Shown in pieces: positions 1 through 8,526 of a DNA stretch of 11,199 nucleotides. The notes beneath the pieces are model-generated. The model was not told the origin of the DNA and searched no databases. It saw nothing but the letters and a program-made list of their open reading frames with translations. Each line of letters begins with the position of its first letter. Position 1 is the stretch's first letter. Source of the stretch: Chlamydiia bacterium (GTDB lineage: Bacteria; Chlamydiota; Chlamydiia; Chlamydiales; RGXB01); contig JBEIFH010000031.1 in assembly GCA_040382515.1 (NCBI GenBank), positions 1 to 11,199 of the forward strand. Direction: 5' to 3'. A program made the position numbers and the translations under genes.

Positions 1-257
1 GAGTGTTTTTGTCTATCATCAATAAGAAGAATTTGTTGCCTTTTTTCAAGGGGATTTTTTGGGGGTCTTTGTAGGAAATCTCCGATTTTAGCATCGAGGA
101 TCCGATCTTGTATTAAGCTTTCTATTAAAGCCGATTGCTCTGATCTAAACGAGGAAGACTCTAAAGGCATGAGAGTTTCTTGGTCCCAGCTTAGGAGCGA
201 TTTGATCGATTTTAGATAGACAATTTGATTTAAATGAGCCTCGAGAGAATGTGACAT
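1..257 (-). CDS. Carboxypeptidase Taq-like metallopeptidase (peptidase family M32), 5' part only; runs off the left edge
   Basis: Not in the ORF track. Manual translation from ATG at 257-255 is open to the window edge: MSHSLEAHLNQIVYLKSIKSLLSWDQETLMPLESSSFRSEQSALIESLIQDRILDAKIGDFLQRPPKNPLEKRQQILLIDDRQKH. LLSWDQETxMP...RxEQxA matches the N-terminal signature of M32 carboxypeptidases. The catalytic HExxH would lie outside the window. Confidence 0.85.
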   Translation of the reverse strand, partial: MSHSLEAHLNQIVYLKSIKSLLSWDQETLMPLESSSFRSEQSALIESLIQDRILDAKIGDFLQRPPKNPLEKRQQILLIDDRQKH

Positions 258-1075
258 AAACTTTTCACCGTTATATGGAGTGCAAGATATAAAATAGAGG
301 TTTTGCCTAAAATCATCAAAGGGCGAATATTCCGATCGAACCGAAAAGTGAAATTCGCAATCAATACAGGTATGATGAGGATTAAAAGTATTTGGAAGGG
401 TTTAGAGGGATCATTCAAAATTTTGGATTTGATCGTGATAGTGAAGTAGAGAGGAGGGTCTAGAATCTCTAATTTACCCCCTTTCTTATCCTGAACTAAG
501 ATCCCCTTGGCCAAAAAATGATTTGATGGGGGTTGAAACCCATTTGAGAAATAGATCCCGCCACCCTTTTTAAACAAGTAGGCCTCTTTATTTCCACAAG
601 AAGCGTAAAGAATTTTCTCGTCTTGGGTAAGTTCGAGAATTTGGACCGGACTTTTGTTTGTTTTATGGGATCCAATGACGGAACCCGATTCTATCCGTTC
701 TTCGTTTTCCAGGTCGTAATAGGAGTAAAAAACACCCTCTACCGCCATTAAACCCAGTGAAATATATAAAATGGGCTTTAGTAACTGGAAACGGCTAACA
801 CCTTGGGTAAGGAAAGCGCAAATTTCCATACGAGCTTGCAAAAGTGTGTAGGTTATACAGGATGACATCAGCAAAGCTAGGGGAGCCAAGATATAAGAGT
901 GGGCAAGGGTAATCCTTGCGACATGCTCAAGTAATTCGAAAATTAAAAAGCGATTTTTTTCCGCAAGCTCCAAGTGCATAGCTACAAAATTGATCATGAA
1001 AACAACGCAAAAAAGGAGATACGAGCCTAAAAAATTACGTAATAGACGGGTAAATAGATAGTAAAACGGTGTCAT
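230..1075 (-). CDS. lptG: LptF/LptG (YjgP/YjgQ) family LPS export permease, LptG-like, 281 aa
   Basis: Start reassigned from 1228 to the ATG at 1075-1073, which overlaps the upstream TGA (ATGA, 1075-1072). Three N-terminal hydrophobic segments, family motif PLALLMS...MEICAFLTQGVSRFQLLKP, a hydrophilic beta-rich middle and hydrophobic C-terminus. Tandem with a paralogue; F versus G label is by gene order. Confidence 0.75.
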   Translation of the reverse strand: MTPFYYLFTRLLRNFLGSYLLFCVVFMINFVAMHLELAEKNRFLIFELLEHVARITLAHSYILAPLALLMSSCITYTLLQARMEICAFLTQGVSRFQLLKPILYISLGLMAVEGVFYSYYDLENEERIESGSVIGSHKTNKSPVQILELTQDEKILYASCGNKEAYLFKKGGGIYFSNGFQPPSNHFLAKGILVQDKKGGKLEILDPPLYFTITIKSKILNDPSKPFQILLILIIPVLIANFTFRFDRNIRPLMILGKTSILYLALHITVKSLCHILSRLI

Positions 1076-2076
1076 CTCAATTCTCGTTTTGCTTTCCAGA
1101 TACATAAAGGGACAGGGAGAAGGGGGATTAAAATATACCACCATAGAGAGGGGGAGATCGTCGAGCGTACAGCAAGATAACAAAAATAGGTCGTTACAGC
1201 TGTAACTAGGCATAAAAGGAGGTGCCACTCATGGGCTTTACGCTTGCTGGTCATGGCAAAAAGTGTTGTGAGCATGAACAAGGAAGCCGGAAGTAAAGAG
1301 ATGCAAATGCGTCGGCTTAATTCTGTAAGGGAAATCCCCCCTAGTAAGGGCAAATGTTCTTCATAACCTACCGGGAAATGGAAAATCGTAGGGATGTTTT
1401 TTCTATCAACTTTAACAGTTTCAAGTTGGCTCAAAAGGATCCCTTCATCTTGGTGATAGATCTGCACTACTTGGCCAGCCTCGAAGTTTTTATCTTCGGT
1501 TTTCAGGAGATCTTTAATCACGATGAGATCCAAGTGATCACCCCCCTTTTTTTGCCCAGCAATTGCTAACGATTTTAAGGGGTCCTGTGCCTCGTCCGGT
1601 AAACTTGCCAAAGCTATGGGATAGGAGGGTGATTGAAAATGTTTAAAGATCAAATGGGGGTTCTGATAGATGGCTTCCAGAACAATACGTTTGCCAAGAA
1701 GTCTATTTCTTGGACAAATATCGGCATTCAAGGCAAACACTACAATAAAAAGATGGGTCGCAATCAGGATAGGGGCAAGCAAAATGTGTGATTTTTGTAT
1801 CCCGAGTGTCGAGTAGGCAATCCACTCTCCGAATTGAGACAAACGGTTGCTGATGAGATAGCCTGTTACCGCCGCTGCCAAAGGGCATGCAAGGGTAAAA
1901 AAGAAGGGGGTGTTATACAAAATGAATTTTCCTAATAGCGAGGGGGGGGCTCCCGAATCCAAAAAGAATACCAGCTCTTTAAAACGAAATAAAAAGGACA
2001 AAAGTGTCAAAAAAAAAGTGTAAAAGAGGAAGGTTGGTATAAATGACCTAAAATAGGTGCGCCAAAGTACAGGCAT
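1072..2076 (-). CDS. lptF: LptF/LptG (YjgP/YjgQ) family LPS export permease, LptF-like, 334 aa
   Basis: N-terminus MPVLWRTYFRSF, motif PFFFTLACPLA...RLSQFGEWIAYSTLGI...ILLAP, 3 TM + soluble domain + 3 TM layout with ELSRR before TM4. Divergent from tilS as in chlamydial gene order. Confidence 0.8.
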   Translation of the reverse strand: MPVLWRTYFRSFIPTFLFYTFFLTLLSFLFRFKELVFFLDSGAPPSLLGKFILYNTPFFFTLACPLAAAVTGYLISNRLSQFGEWIAYSTLGIQKSHILLAPILIATHLFIVVFALNADICPRNRLLGKRIVLEAIYQNPHLIFKHFQSPSYPIALASLPDEAQDPLKSLAIAGQKKGGDHLDLIVIKDLLKTEDKNFEAGQVVQIYHQDEGILLSQLETVKVDRKNIPTIFHFPVGYEEHLPLLGGISLTELSRRICISLLPASLFMLTTLFAMTSKRKAHEWHLLLCLVTAVTTYFCYLAVRSTISPSLWWYILIPLLPVPLCIWKAKRELR

Positions 2077-2079
2077 AGG

Positions 2080-2108
2080 TTCACAGTATCGAAGAAATCT
2101 GGTATAAT
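2080..2108 (+). promoter_or_regulatory. Sigma70/sigma66-type promoter for tilS(-ftsH)
   Basis: TTCACA (2080-2085), 17-nt spacer, perfect TATAAT (2103-2108) with extended -10 TG at 2100-2101. Confidence 0.65.
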
Positions 2109-2114
2109 TGACAA
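2085..2114 (-). promoter_or_regulatory. Possible divergent promoter for lptF-lptG-M32
   Basis: Minus strand TTGTCA (2114-2109), 18-nt spacer, GATACT (2090-2085), ending 8 nt before the lptF ATG at 2076. Weaker match than the plus-strand promoter. Confidence 0.35.
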
Positions 2115-2115
2115 G

Positions 2116-3294
2116 GTGCGAACGTTAAAAAATCTAAATTTACCGAAAGATGTCAAAAAAACGGCAACCCTTTTAGTGGGCGTGTCTTTTGGTCCTGACT
2201 CTATGGCTGTACTTCACCGGCTTATGCAAGAGTCTTTTAAAGATTTGCATGTGGCCCATGTGCACCATGGATTAAGAAAGGAATCCGATGAAGAATTGCT
2301 CCGGTTAGAAGAGTTTTGTAAAAAACATGCGCTTTCTTTTTACTCAAAACGGCTTAATCTTGACCCTGAGGGGAACAACTTGGAAGATCGGATGCGCCAA
2401 GAAAGGATGAGATTCTTTAAAGAAATTTACGATAAAATTACTGCAGAAGCTCTTGTCTTAGGGCACCAGGCAAACGAGCAGGTGGAAACAGGTTTGAAGC
2501 GTTTATTTGAAGGGGCCCATTTTTCGAGTTTAAAGGGGATGGAGGAGTGTAGGGAATTGTTTGGGATGCGTATTCTTAGACCTCAGCTTAAAGACTGGAA
2601 AAAAGACCTTCTAGCCTACCTGGAACACTTTGAAATTCCCTATGCTATCGACGCAAGCAATCTCAGTTCATCCTTTCTAAGAGGTCGCATGCGCTCCGAA
2701 ATGGTCCCTTTCCTCGAAAAAAAATTTGGAAAAGGCTGCGAAGAAAATATAAGTTTTTTTATGGAAAAAATGAGCGAGTTGGAAAAATATCTGGATCAAA
2801 AGATTTTTTCTGCCCGCGAGCAAAGGGTTGAGGGCCCCTTTGGAGTTTTTTTTCCCCTTCAGATTTTAGAAAAACTGGAGCCCTTGGAGTTGGATCATCT
2901 GCTTCACAAGTCGGAGGTTAAAAATCGTTCGACGAGAGAGCGGATAACGATGCATCTTTTAAAAAAAGAGTTCAACAAAACCGTAACAGAAAATATTGTA
3001 GTGTGCCATTTGGAGAAAGTCGGTCTGTTTTTGCTAAAAGAACCGATAGTATTTTCCGAGACGATGCCGCAAAAAGGGGATAAAAGGGGCTGGTTGCCCT
3101 TTTGGAAAGGGGAGATCGGATACTTTCCGGCACCAAATGGGCAAAAATGGATCCTTTTGGAATCGGATAAAACCAAGAGAAAAGAGAAAATTTTTAAAAG
3201 GTTCTCGAAACAAAAAATACCTGTTTTTTTACGAAAAAAGCTTTATGTCCTTGAGGATGAGGGAAAAGTTATTTATGAATTTTTATCCCTCTGA
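2116..3294 (+). CDS. tilS: tRNA(Ile)-lysidine synthetase, 392 aa
   Basis: GTG start. PP-loop-like VGVSFGPDS, then HVHHGLR, LEDRMRQER, GHQANEQVET, RILRP, DASN and RGRMR motifs in TilS order. Directly upstream of ftsH, a common arrangement. Confidence 0.92.
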   Translation: MRTLKNLNLPKDVKKTATLLVGVSFGPDSMAVLHRLMQESFKDLHVAHVHHGLRKESDEELLRLEEFCKKHALSFYSKRLNLDPEGNNLEDRMRQERMRFFKEIYDKITAEALVLGHQANEQVETGLKRLFEGAHFSSLKGMEECRELFGMRILRPQLKDWKKDLLAYLEHFEIPYAIDASNLSSSFLRGRMRSEMVPFLEKKFGKGCEENISFFMEKMSELEKYLDQKIFSAREQRVEGPFGVFFPLQILEKLEPLELDHLLHKSEVKNRSTRERITMHLLKKEFNKTVTENIVVCHLEKVGLFLLKEPIVFSETMPQKGDKRGWLPFWKGEIGYFPAPNGQKWILLESDKTKRKEKIFKRFSKQKIPVFLRKKLYVLEDEGKVIYEFLSL

Positions 3295-3413
3295 TATTCT
3301 ATGTATTCTCGCGTCAACTTTTTGTTGAATCTTTAATTGGATTGTTGCGATAGGTAAAGATACATCGGGTTAGATGCTCTTATTTTTTATATGTTTAATT
3401 TTGGATTTTTTTC

Positions 3414-6086
3414 ATGAGTCAAGAGAGTAAAAGAGGGTTCGGAGGCGGATTTTTCCTTTTGGTCCTAGGGGCGATATTTATGCTGCTCACCCTCCAAAAT
3501 CTTTCTGAAAAGAAGACTTCCGCGGTAGCTTTCAATTATCAAGTTGAGCACCTTGTCAACCTGGGCCTTATTGATCCCTCCTACAGTTTGAAAGTACCCG
3601 AAAGCGACCATATGGTAACGTTCCGAGGGAAATTCAACGATAACCTAGACTCCTCCTCAAAAGATCGCTTTGCCTACTTAAAACTTCTAAAATCCGAAAT
3701 CGAACAGCACCAGTCATTCGTCTCTGCATCAAAAGATCTGGATAAAACTGCGTTTGATGTGAAAGAAGCGGCTAATTATTTTCTGGAAATTACCGGGGCA
3801 TCACTTGGGGAAAAAGGGTATACTGTTGTGGGGGCATCCTATGATTTTAGAGATGTGGATACCCTTTCGAAATATCAACGGGTCAACGGCATCGTCATCC
3901 GGACACCTCCAAAAACCCAGATCAAGACCTTCCACCAGATCGAGTCCTCCTATTTAGCAGGGATGAGCGAGGAGAAGCTCCGATCGGATTTAGATCAGAT
4001 TATAGATGCTCTTTTATCTCAAAAAATTTCTATTTATAACAAAGGGCTTAGATCGGCATTGAAGGGGGCAAAAACCCTGCCGTTCAGCGAAGCTATCGTC
4101 ACGGTAAAAAATACGATCGATGATCTCCATAAAGAAGAGCAGGATCTCAGGCTTCTACCCACCCGCTCTGTTAGAAATTATAGACACTATCTTGCTGAAT
4201 GGCGTATGAGCGTCCAAAATTTATCTGACACGCAAGATAAAATGGATGCTTTGCGCTCAAAAGTTAAGGATGTCACCTGGTATTACAACGATCTTGCTTT
4301 GTCGTCCGCTAAACTGGAGGAGGCTGCTAAGTCCAATCCTGATCAATATTTTCGCTGGTTCAATCAAGCCCGGTCTGAATGGGATGCTTTTGAAGCCAAC
4401 AGGGGAAGCACCTTTACCGTCTATTCTCAACAAAGAAACATGGTGCTTGATACAAATTTCAAAACTGAAGAGCCAACTCCCGGTTACATAAACTATATTT
4501 TTACCCTGATGCCCCTCATTCTGATCGTTTCTTTGCTCTATTTTATCTTTTCGCGTCAGATGAAAGGGGTAGGTGGCGGCGCCATGACATTTGGAAAGTC
4601 CCCCGCCCGCCTCCTTACACCCTCCTTGGATAGAGTGACGTTTTCCGATGTGGCCGGTATTGACGAGGTTAGGGAAGAGCTCATCGAGGTTGTAGACTTT
4701 TTGAAGGACTCCTCTAAGTATGTAAAACTTGGAGCTAAAATACCAAAAGGGGTGCTTCTTGTCGGTCCACCGGGTACAGGGAAAACGCTCCTTGCTAAGG
4801 CAGTGGCCGGTGAGGCAAATTGCCCATTTTTCTCCATATCCGGATCGGACTTCGTAGAGATGTTTGTAGGGGTGGGAGCAAGCCGGGTCCGCGACCTTTT
4901 TGAACAGGCTCGAAAAAACGCCCCCTGTATCATATTTATAGATGAAATAGATGCTGTGGGTCGGTCAAGAGGAGTCGGATATGGCGGAGGTCATGACGAG
5001 AGGGAGCAGACGCTGAACCAGCTTCTGGTAGAAATGGACGGGATGAACCCGGCTAGTGGAATCATTCTGATCGCCGCAACAAACCGTCCCGATGTGCTGG
5101 ATAAGGCCCTTTTAAGGCCCGGTCGTATCGATCGGCAGGTTTTTGTCAATCTTCCCGACCTTAAGGGGAGAACCGAAATTTTAAAAGTCCATGCTTCGAA
5201 ATATAAGCTTGACCCCTCGTGCAATCTCGAGTCGATTGCAAAAATGACAACCGGTACGGCAGGGGCCCATTTAGCGAATATGATGAATGAGGCGGCCCTT
5301 ATTGCTGCAAAGAAAGGGCGTGCTGCGATTTTTCAAGCAGACCTTGAAATGGCAGTAGATAAAGTCCGCTTTGGCAAAGAGCGGAAATCTATGAAGTTCA
5401 GCCAAGAAGACGTTCGCTCCACCGGCTACCACGAATCGGGTCATGCAATAGTAGCCTTGTGTTTGAAAAATGCCGATCCTGTCGAAAGAGTCACTGTCAT
5501 CCCGAGACAGCAATCTTTGGGTCATACCGCATTCAGACCCCAAAAAGATCGTTTGAGCTACTGGAAACGGGAAGCGGTCGATTATATCGCCGTTCTTATG
5601 GGGGGGCAGGTTGCAGAGGAGATTTTTGTTGGAGATATTTCTTCAGGTGCGCGACAAGATATCAAGATGGCAACAAACTTGGCCCGCTCGATGATATGCG
5701 AGTGGGGGATGAGCGATATTCTCGGAAAGGTCTACTATGAGGAGTCAAAAGGCGATCCTTATGCCATGACACAAGAGAAACAATTTTCAGAAGAGACCGC
5801 TAAGCTGATCGATCAAGAGGTCAAAAAGATCATAGACGCAGGCTATCAAAAAGCCAAAGAGATCTTGACTTCGCATCGAGATAAAGTTGAACTTATGACA
5901 GAAGCTCTGGTCAAGTACGAGACAATTGACAATCATGATGCTGTGCAGATCATGGAGGGAAATTTTAGCTTCGAACAGAAAGAGGGTCGCATAAGGTCAG
6001 AAGAGGAGGCGATGCAAGCCGGTCACGGAATTGCACCTGCAGAACTCAAGAGCTTTAGCGGAAATGTGCATCCGACACAAGGATAA
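3414..6086 (+). CDS. ftsH: ATP-dependent zinc metalloprotease FtsH, long chlamydial-type periplasmic domain, 890 aa
   Basis: Two TM segments, Walker A GPPGTGKT (4764-4787), pore motif FVG, Walker [28 protein letters not shown] and zinc motif HESGH (5430-5444). Confidence 0.98.
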   Translation: MSQESKRGFGGGFFLLVLGAIFMLLTLQNLSEKKTSAVAFNYQVEHLVNLGLIDPSYSLKVPESDHMVTFRGKFNDNLDSSSKDRFAYLKLLKSEIEQHQSFVSASKDLDKTAFDVKEAANYFLEITGASLGEKGYTVVGASYDFRDVDTLSKYQRVNGIVIRTPPKTQIKTFHQIESSYLAGMSEEKLRSDLDQIIDALLSQKISIYNKGLRSALKGAKTLPFSEAIVTVKNTIDDLHKEEQDLRLLPTRSVRNYRHYLAEWRMSVQNLSDTQDKMDALRSKVKDVTWYYNDLALSSAKLEEAAKSNPDQYFRWFNQARSEWDAFEANRGSTFTVYSQQRNMVLDTNFKTEEPTPGYINYIFTLMPLILIVSLLYFIFSRQMKGVGGGAMTFGKSPARLLTPSLDRVTFSDVAGIDEVREELIEVVDFLKDSSKYVKLGAKIPKGVLLVGPPGTGKTLLAKAVAGEANCPFFSISGSDFVEMFVGVGASRVRDLFEQARKNAPCIIFIDEIDAVGRSRGVGYGGGHDEREQTLNQLLVEMDGMNPASGIILIAATNRPDVLDKALLRPGRIDRQVFVNLPDLKGRTEILKVHASKYKLDPSCNLESIAKMTTGTAGAHLANMMNEAALIAAKKGRAAIFQADLEMAVDKVRFGKERKSMKFSQEDVRSTGYHESGHAIVALCLKNADPVERVTVIPRQQSLGHTAFRPQKDRLSYWKREAVDYIAVLMGGQVAEEIFVGDISSGARQDIKMATNLARSMICEWGMSDILGKVYYEESKGDPYAMTQEKQFSEETAKLIDQEVKKIIDAGYQKAKEILTSHRDKVELMTEALVKYETIDNHDAVQIMEGNFSFEQKEGRIRSEEEAMQAGHGIAPAELKSFSGNVHPTQG

Positions 6087-6213
6087 AACCATAAATTAAA
6101 GAATGCCACGATACCAGAAGGCACGGCTAACGGTCCTGCTCAAAGCTCCTAGTAAGTGGGGTGTTTTCTCTAATTTATTCCCGCTGATCGTTTAATTATA
6201 TTGGATCTACCAT

Positions 6214-6246
6214 AAAGTAAAAGCCCCTCATACGAGGGGCTTTGTT
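6214..6246. terminator. Intrinsic terminator, probably bidirectional (pnp on -, ftsH on +)
   Basis: Perfect 10-bp inverted repeat AAAGCCCCTC (6220-6229), 4-nt loop, GAGGGGCTTT (6234-6243). The GC core is followed by TTTTACTTT on the minus strand and TTTGTT on the plus strand. Lies between convergent genes. Confidence 0.85.
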
Positions 6247-6270
6247 GGATGAAGAACTATCTAAAGCATA

Positions 6271-8382
6271 TTAGCTTTGGACGGTTTCTTTCTTTTCTCT
6301 TGGAAGGAGGACTTTTCTTGAAAGTCGAATTTGTCCACGATCGTTGATCTCAAGGACTTTTACCTCGACATGCTGCTTCTCTTTAAGATAGTCCTCAACA
6401 TTGTTGACTCTCTCATGGGCGATCTCAGATACATGGAGAAGCCCCTCTTTTTGTCCGGGTAATGCAATAAAAGCACCAAATGGAACAATAGAGACAACCT
6501 CACCGGTATAAATCTTGCCGACCTCAACCTCTGCTACGATATCAGATACCATTTTATGGGCTTTTTCAACCGCTTCAGCATCATTACCGCTGATGGTCAC
6601 AACCCCTTCATCTGTCACATCTACTGTAACACCCAAGGCTTGAATCAGACGGATCTGTTTACCGCCTGGACCGATGAGCGTTCCAATTTTATTTGGATGG
6701 ATTTTGATATTGACAAGGCGTGGTGCAAATTTTGAGAGACCTTTCTGCTTTGTTGGAACAGCTTTTTTCATCTCTTCAAGGATATGCATTCTACCCTCTT
6801 TAGCACGCGAAAGGGCCTCTTTCATGATCTCGATTGTGATCCCTTCGACTTTGATGTCCATCTGGAAGGAGGTAATTCCTGAGGCTCCGCCGGCAACTTT
6901 GAAATCCATGTCACCCAAGTCATCCTCAGTTCCGAGAATATCGGTAAGGATCACATAACGGTTTTTCTCAAGGATCAATCCCATAGCCACACCCGATACA
7001 AGCTCTTTGATCGGTACGCCAGCATCTAGAAGGGCCAAAGCACCGCCACAAACCGAGGCTTGCGATGAAGAACCGTTGGATTCAAGGATATTGGACTCAA
7101 TACGCATGGAGTAGGGGAAATTTTCCGGAGTCGGAATGATTTCAAGGATAGCTCTTTCTGCAAGCTTTCCATGGCCTACCTCTCTACGACCCGGGGATCC
7201 AAGTCTACCTACTTCCCCAACGCTAAAGGGGGGGAAAGAGTATTGTAGGTAACATCTTTCTACGACATCGCCATAAAGAGACTCTGTTTTTTGCATCGAA
7301 GTTGTAGACCCCAAAGTAGCGATACACAAGGCCTGTGTTTCACCTCTTGTAAAAAGGGCGCTTCCGTGGGTTCTATTGAGCAATCCAAGTTTTACTGAGA
7401 TAGGACGAACCTGGTCTAGAGTACGGCCGTCAATACGCTTGTTATGTGTGAGCGCTTCTTTTCGTAAAATATTTGATTTAGCAACTTTGATTGCCGCTTG
7501 TAGGCGGTTTGCCGGGATATTCAGACCCTCAAGTTTAGGGGTGAACTCCTCAACAATTTTATTTTGAACTTCCTCTACTGCATCGCTTCTTTCTGCCTTT
7601 TTTTGTTGGAAAAGGGCATCCTTAAGCTCGTTACCAAAGCGTGATTGAATCTCTTCAATTAAGGAGTGTGGGGGGGCCATATTGACGAAATCGGCCTTCT
7701 TTTTTCCGCAGTGTTGGACAAGTTGGTCGATTGCATGTGTAATTTTTTGGATCTCGTGGTGCCCTTTTTCAATCGCTTGCAGAATTTGTTGCTCTGATAG
7801 GAAAGAACAACCACCCTCGATCATCAAAATTGCCTCGTGCGTTCCGGCCAATACAAGATTGAGTTTAGATTTTTGTTGTTCATCGATTGTTGGGTTGATC
7901 ACAAATTGATCATTCACGTAACCGACGCGGACGGCAGCAACAGTTTTCCCGCTTGGGATATCCGAGATTTGCAAAGCGGCACTCACTGCGTTGATTGCGT
8001 GTGGTTCAAGTTGGTTTTGGGCGTCAAAAGACATGACTTGGGCAATGAGCTGCACTTCATGCATGAACCCTTCTGGAAACATGGGACGCAAGGGGCGGTC
8101 GATCAGTCGGCTAGTAATAGTTTCAACGGCCGTTGGACGCCCTTCTCTTTTAATGTAACCGGCTAAGGTTTTCCCCACAGATGAGAATCTTTCAATATAA
8201 TCGACGCGTAATGGGAAAAAATCGGCTTCTGGATTTGCTTTTGGGGCCATGCAGGCTGTCGCTAGTATAGCTGTATCGCCGGTGCGAAGCAAAACCGAAC
8301 CGTTTGCTAGCCGCGCAAGTTCGCCAGTTTCAAAAGAGATGTGTGTTTTTCCGACAACCACATCGGTTTTATGACTTGCCAT
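6271..8382 (-). CDS. pnp: Polyribonucleotide nucleotidyltransferase (PNPase), 703 aa
   Basis: DFFPL, KREGRP, RLIDRPLRP, HGSALFTRGETQ, RREVGHG, ESNGSSS and GDMDFKVAG motifs, KH domain (IGPGGK) and C-terminal S1 domain. Confidence 0.99.
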   Translation of the reverse strand: MASHKTDVVVGKTHISFETGELARLANGSVLLRTGDTAILATACMAPKANPEADFFPLRVDYIERFSSVGKTLAGYIKREGRPTAVETITSRLIDRPLRPMFPEGFMHEVQLIAQVMSFDAQNQLEPHAINAVSAALQISDIPSGKTVAAVRVGYVNDQFVINPTIDEQQKSKLNLVLAGTHEAILMIEGGCSFLSEQQILQAIEKGHHEIQKITHAIDQLVQHCGKKKADFVNMAPPHSLIEEIQSRFGNELKDALFQQKKAERSDAVEEVQNKIVEEFTPKLEGLNIPANRLQAAIKVAKSNILRKEALTHNKRIDGRTLDQVRPISVKLGLLNRTHGSALFTRGETQALCIATLGSTTSMQKTESLYGDVVERCYLQYSFPPFSVGEVGRLGSPGRREVGHGKLAERAILEIIPTPENFPYSMRIESNILESNGSSSQASVCGGALALLDAGVPIKELVSGVAMGLILEKNRYVILTDILGTEDDLGDMDFKVAGGASGITSFQMDIKVEGITIEIMKEALSRAKEGRMHILEEMKKAVPTKQKGLSKFAPRLVNIKIHPNKIGTLIGPGGKQIRLIQALGVTVDVTDEGVVTISGNDAEAVEKAHKMVSDIVAEVEVGKIYTGEVVSIVPFGAFIALPGQKEGLLHVSEIAHERVNNVEDYLKEKQHVEVKVLEINDRGQIRLSRKVLLPREKKETVQS

Positions 8383-8389
8383 AAGTCGT

Positions 8390-8456
8390 TCCTAAATCTA
8401 AATTTTGTTTGCTAGTTTCGAACGGCAATTATGGCACACTTTCCCTTGATAGGCAA
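8390..8456 (-). promoter_or_regulatory. Promoter and ribosome-binding site of pnp
   Basis: Minus strand TTGCCT (8456-8451), 17-nt spacer, CATAAT (8433-8428) with extended -10 TG. SD-like AGGA at 8393-8390, 7 nt before the ATG. Confidence 0.6.
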
Positions 8457-8526
8457 TAAATCTCTGCTCAAGGAAAATTTAAAAGGGACCTAAAGTTGCA
8501 AATTGTAAATAATTTTTTATTTCGGT

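Noticed and set aside
1076..1228. 51-aa N-terminal extension of the lptG-like ORF in the track (start 1228)
   Set aside because: It lies inside lptF in another frame. The ATGA overlap at 1075-1072 gives a family-like N-terminus.
1541..2017. Homopolymer runs in lptF (C6T7 at 1541-1553, G8 at 1942-1949, A9 at 2009-2017) as phase-variation tracts
   Set aside because: The frame is intact, similar runs occur throughout the window, and the gene is normally essential.
3295..3413. Promoter, CIRCE heat-shock operator or terminator upstream of ftsH
   Set aside because: No correctly spaced -35/-10 pair and no TTAGCACTC-N9-GAGTGCTAA found. The TCAAC/GTTGA hairpin is only 5 bp and AT-rich.
6113..6131. 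ACCAGAAGGCACGGCTAAC resembles a short conserved 16S rRNA segment
   Set aside because: Under 20 nt, imperfect, and the flanks do not continue the match; consistent with chance.
6900..7085. PNPase motif variants (SSSQAS, EDDLGDMD) as a sign of inactivation
   Set aside because: The SNGSSS phosphate-binding serines and the metal-binding aspartates are retained, so this looks like ordinary divergence.
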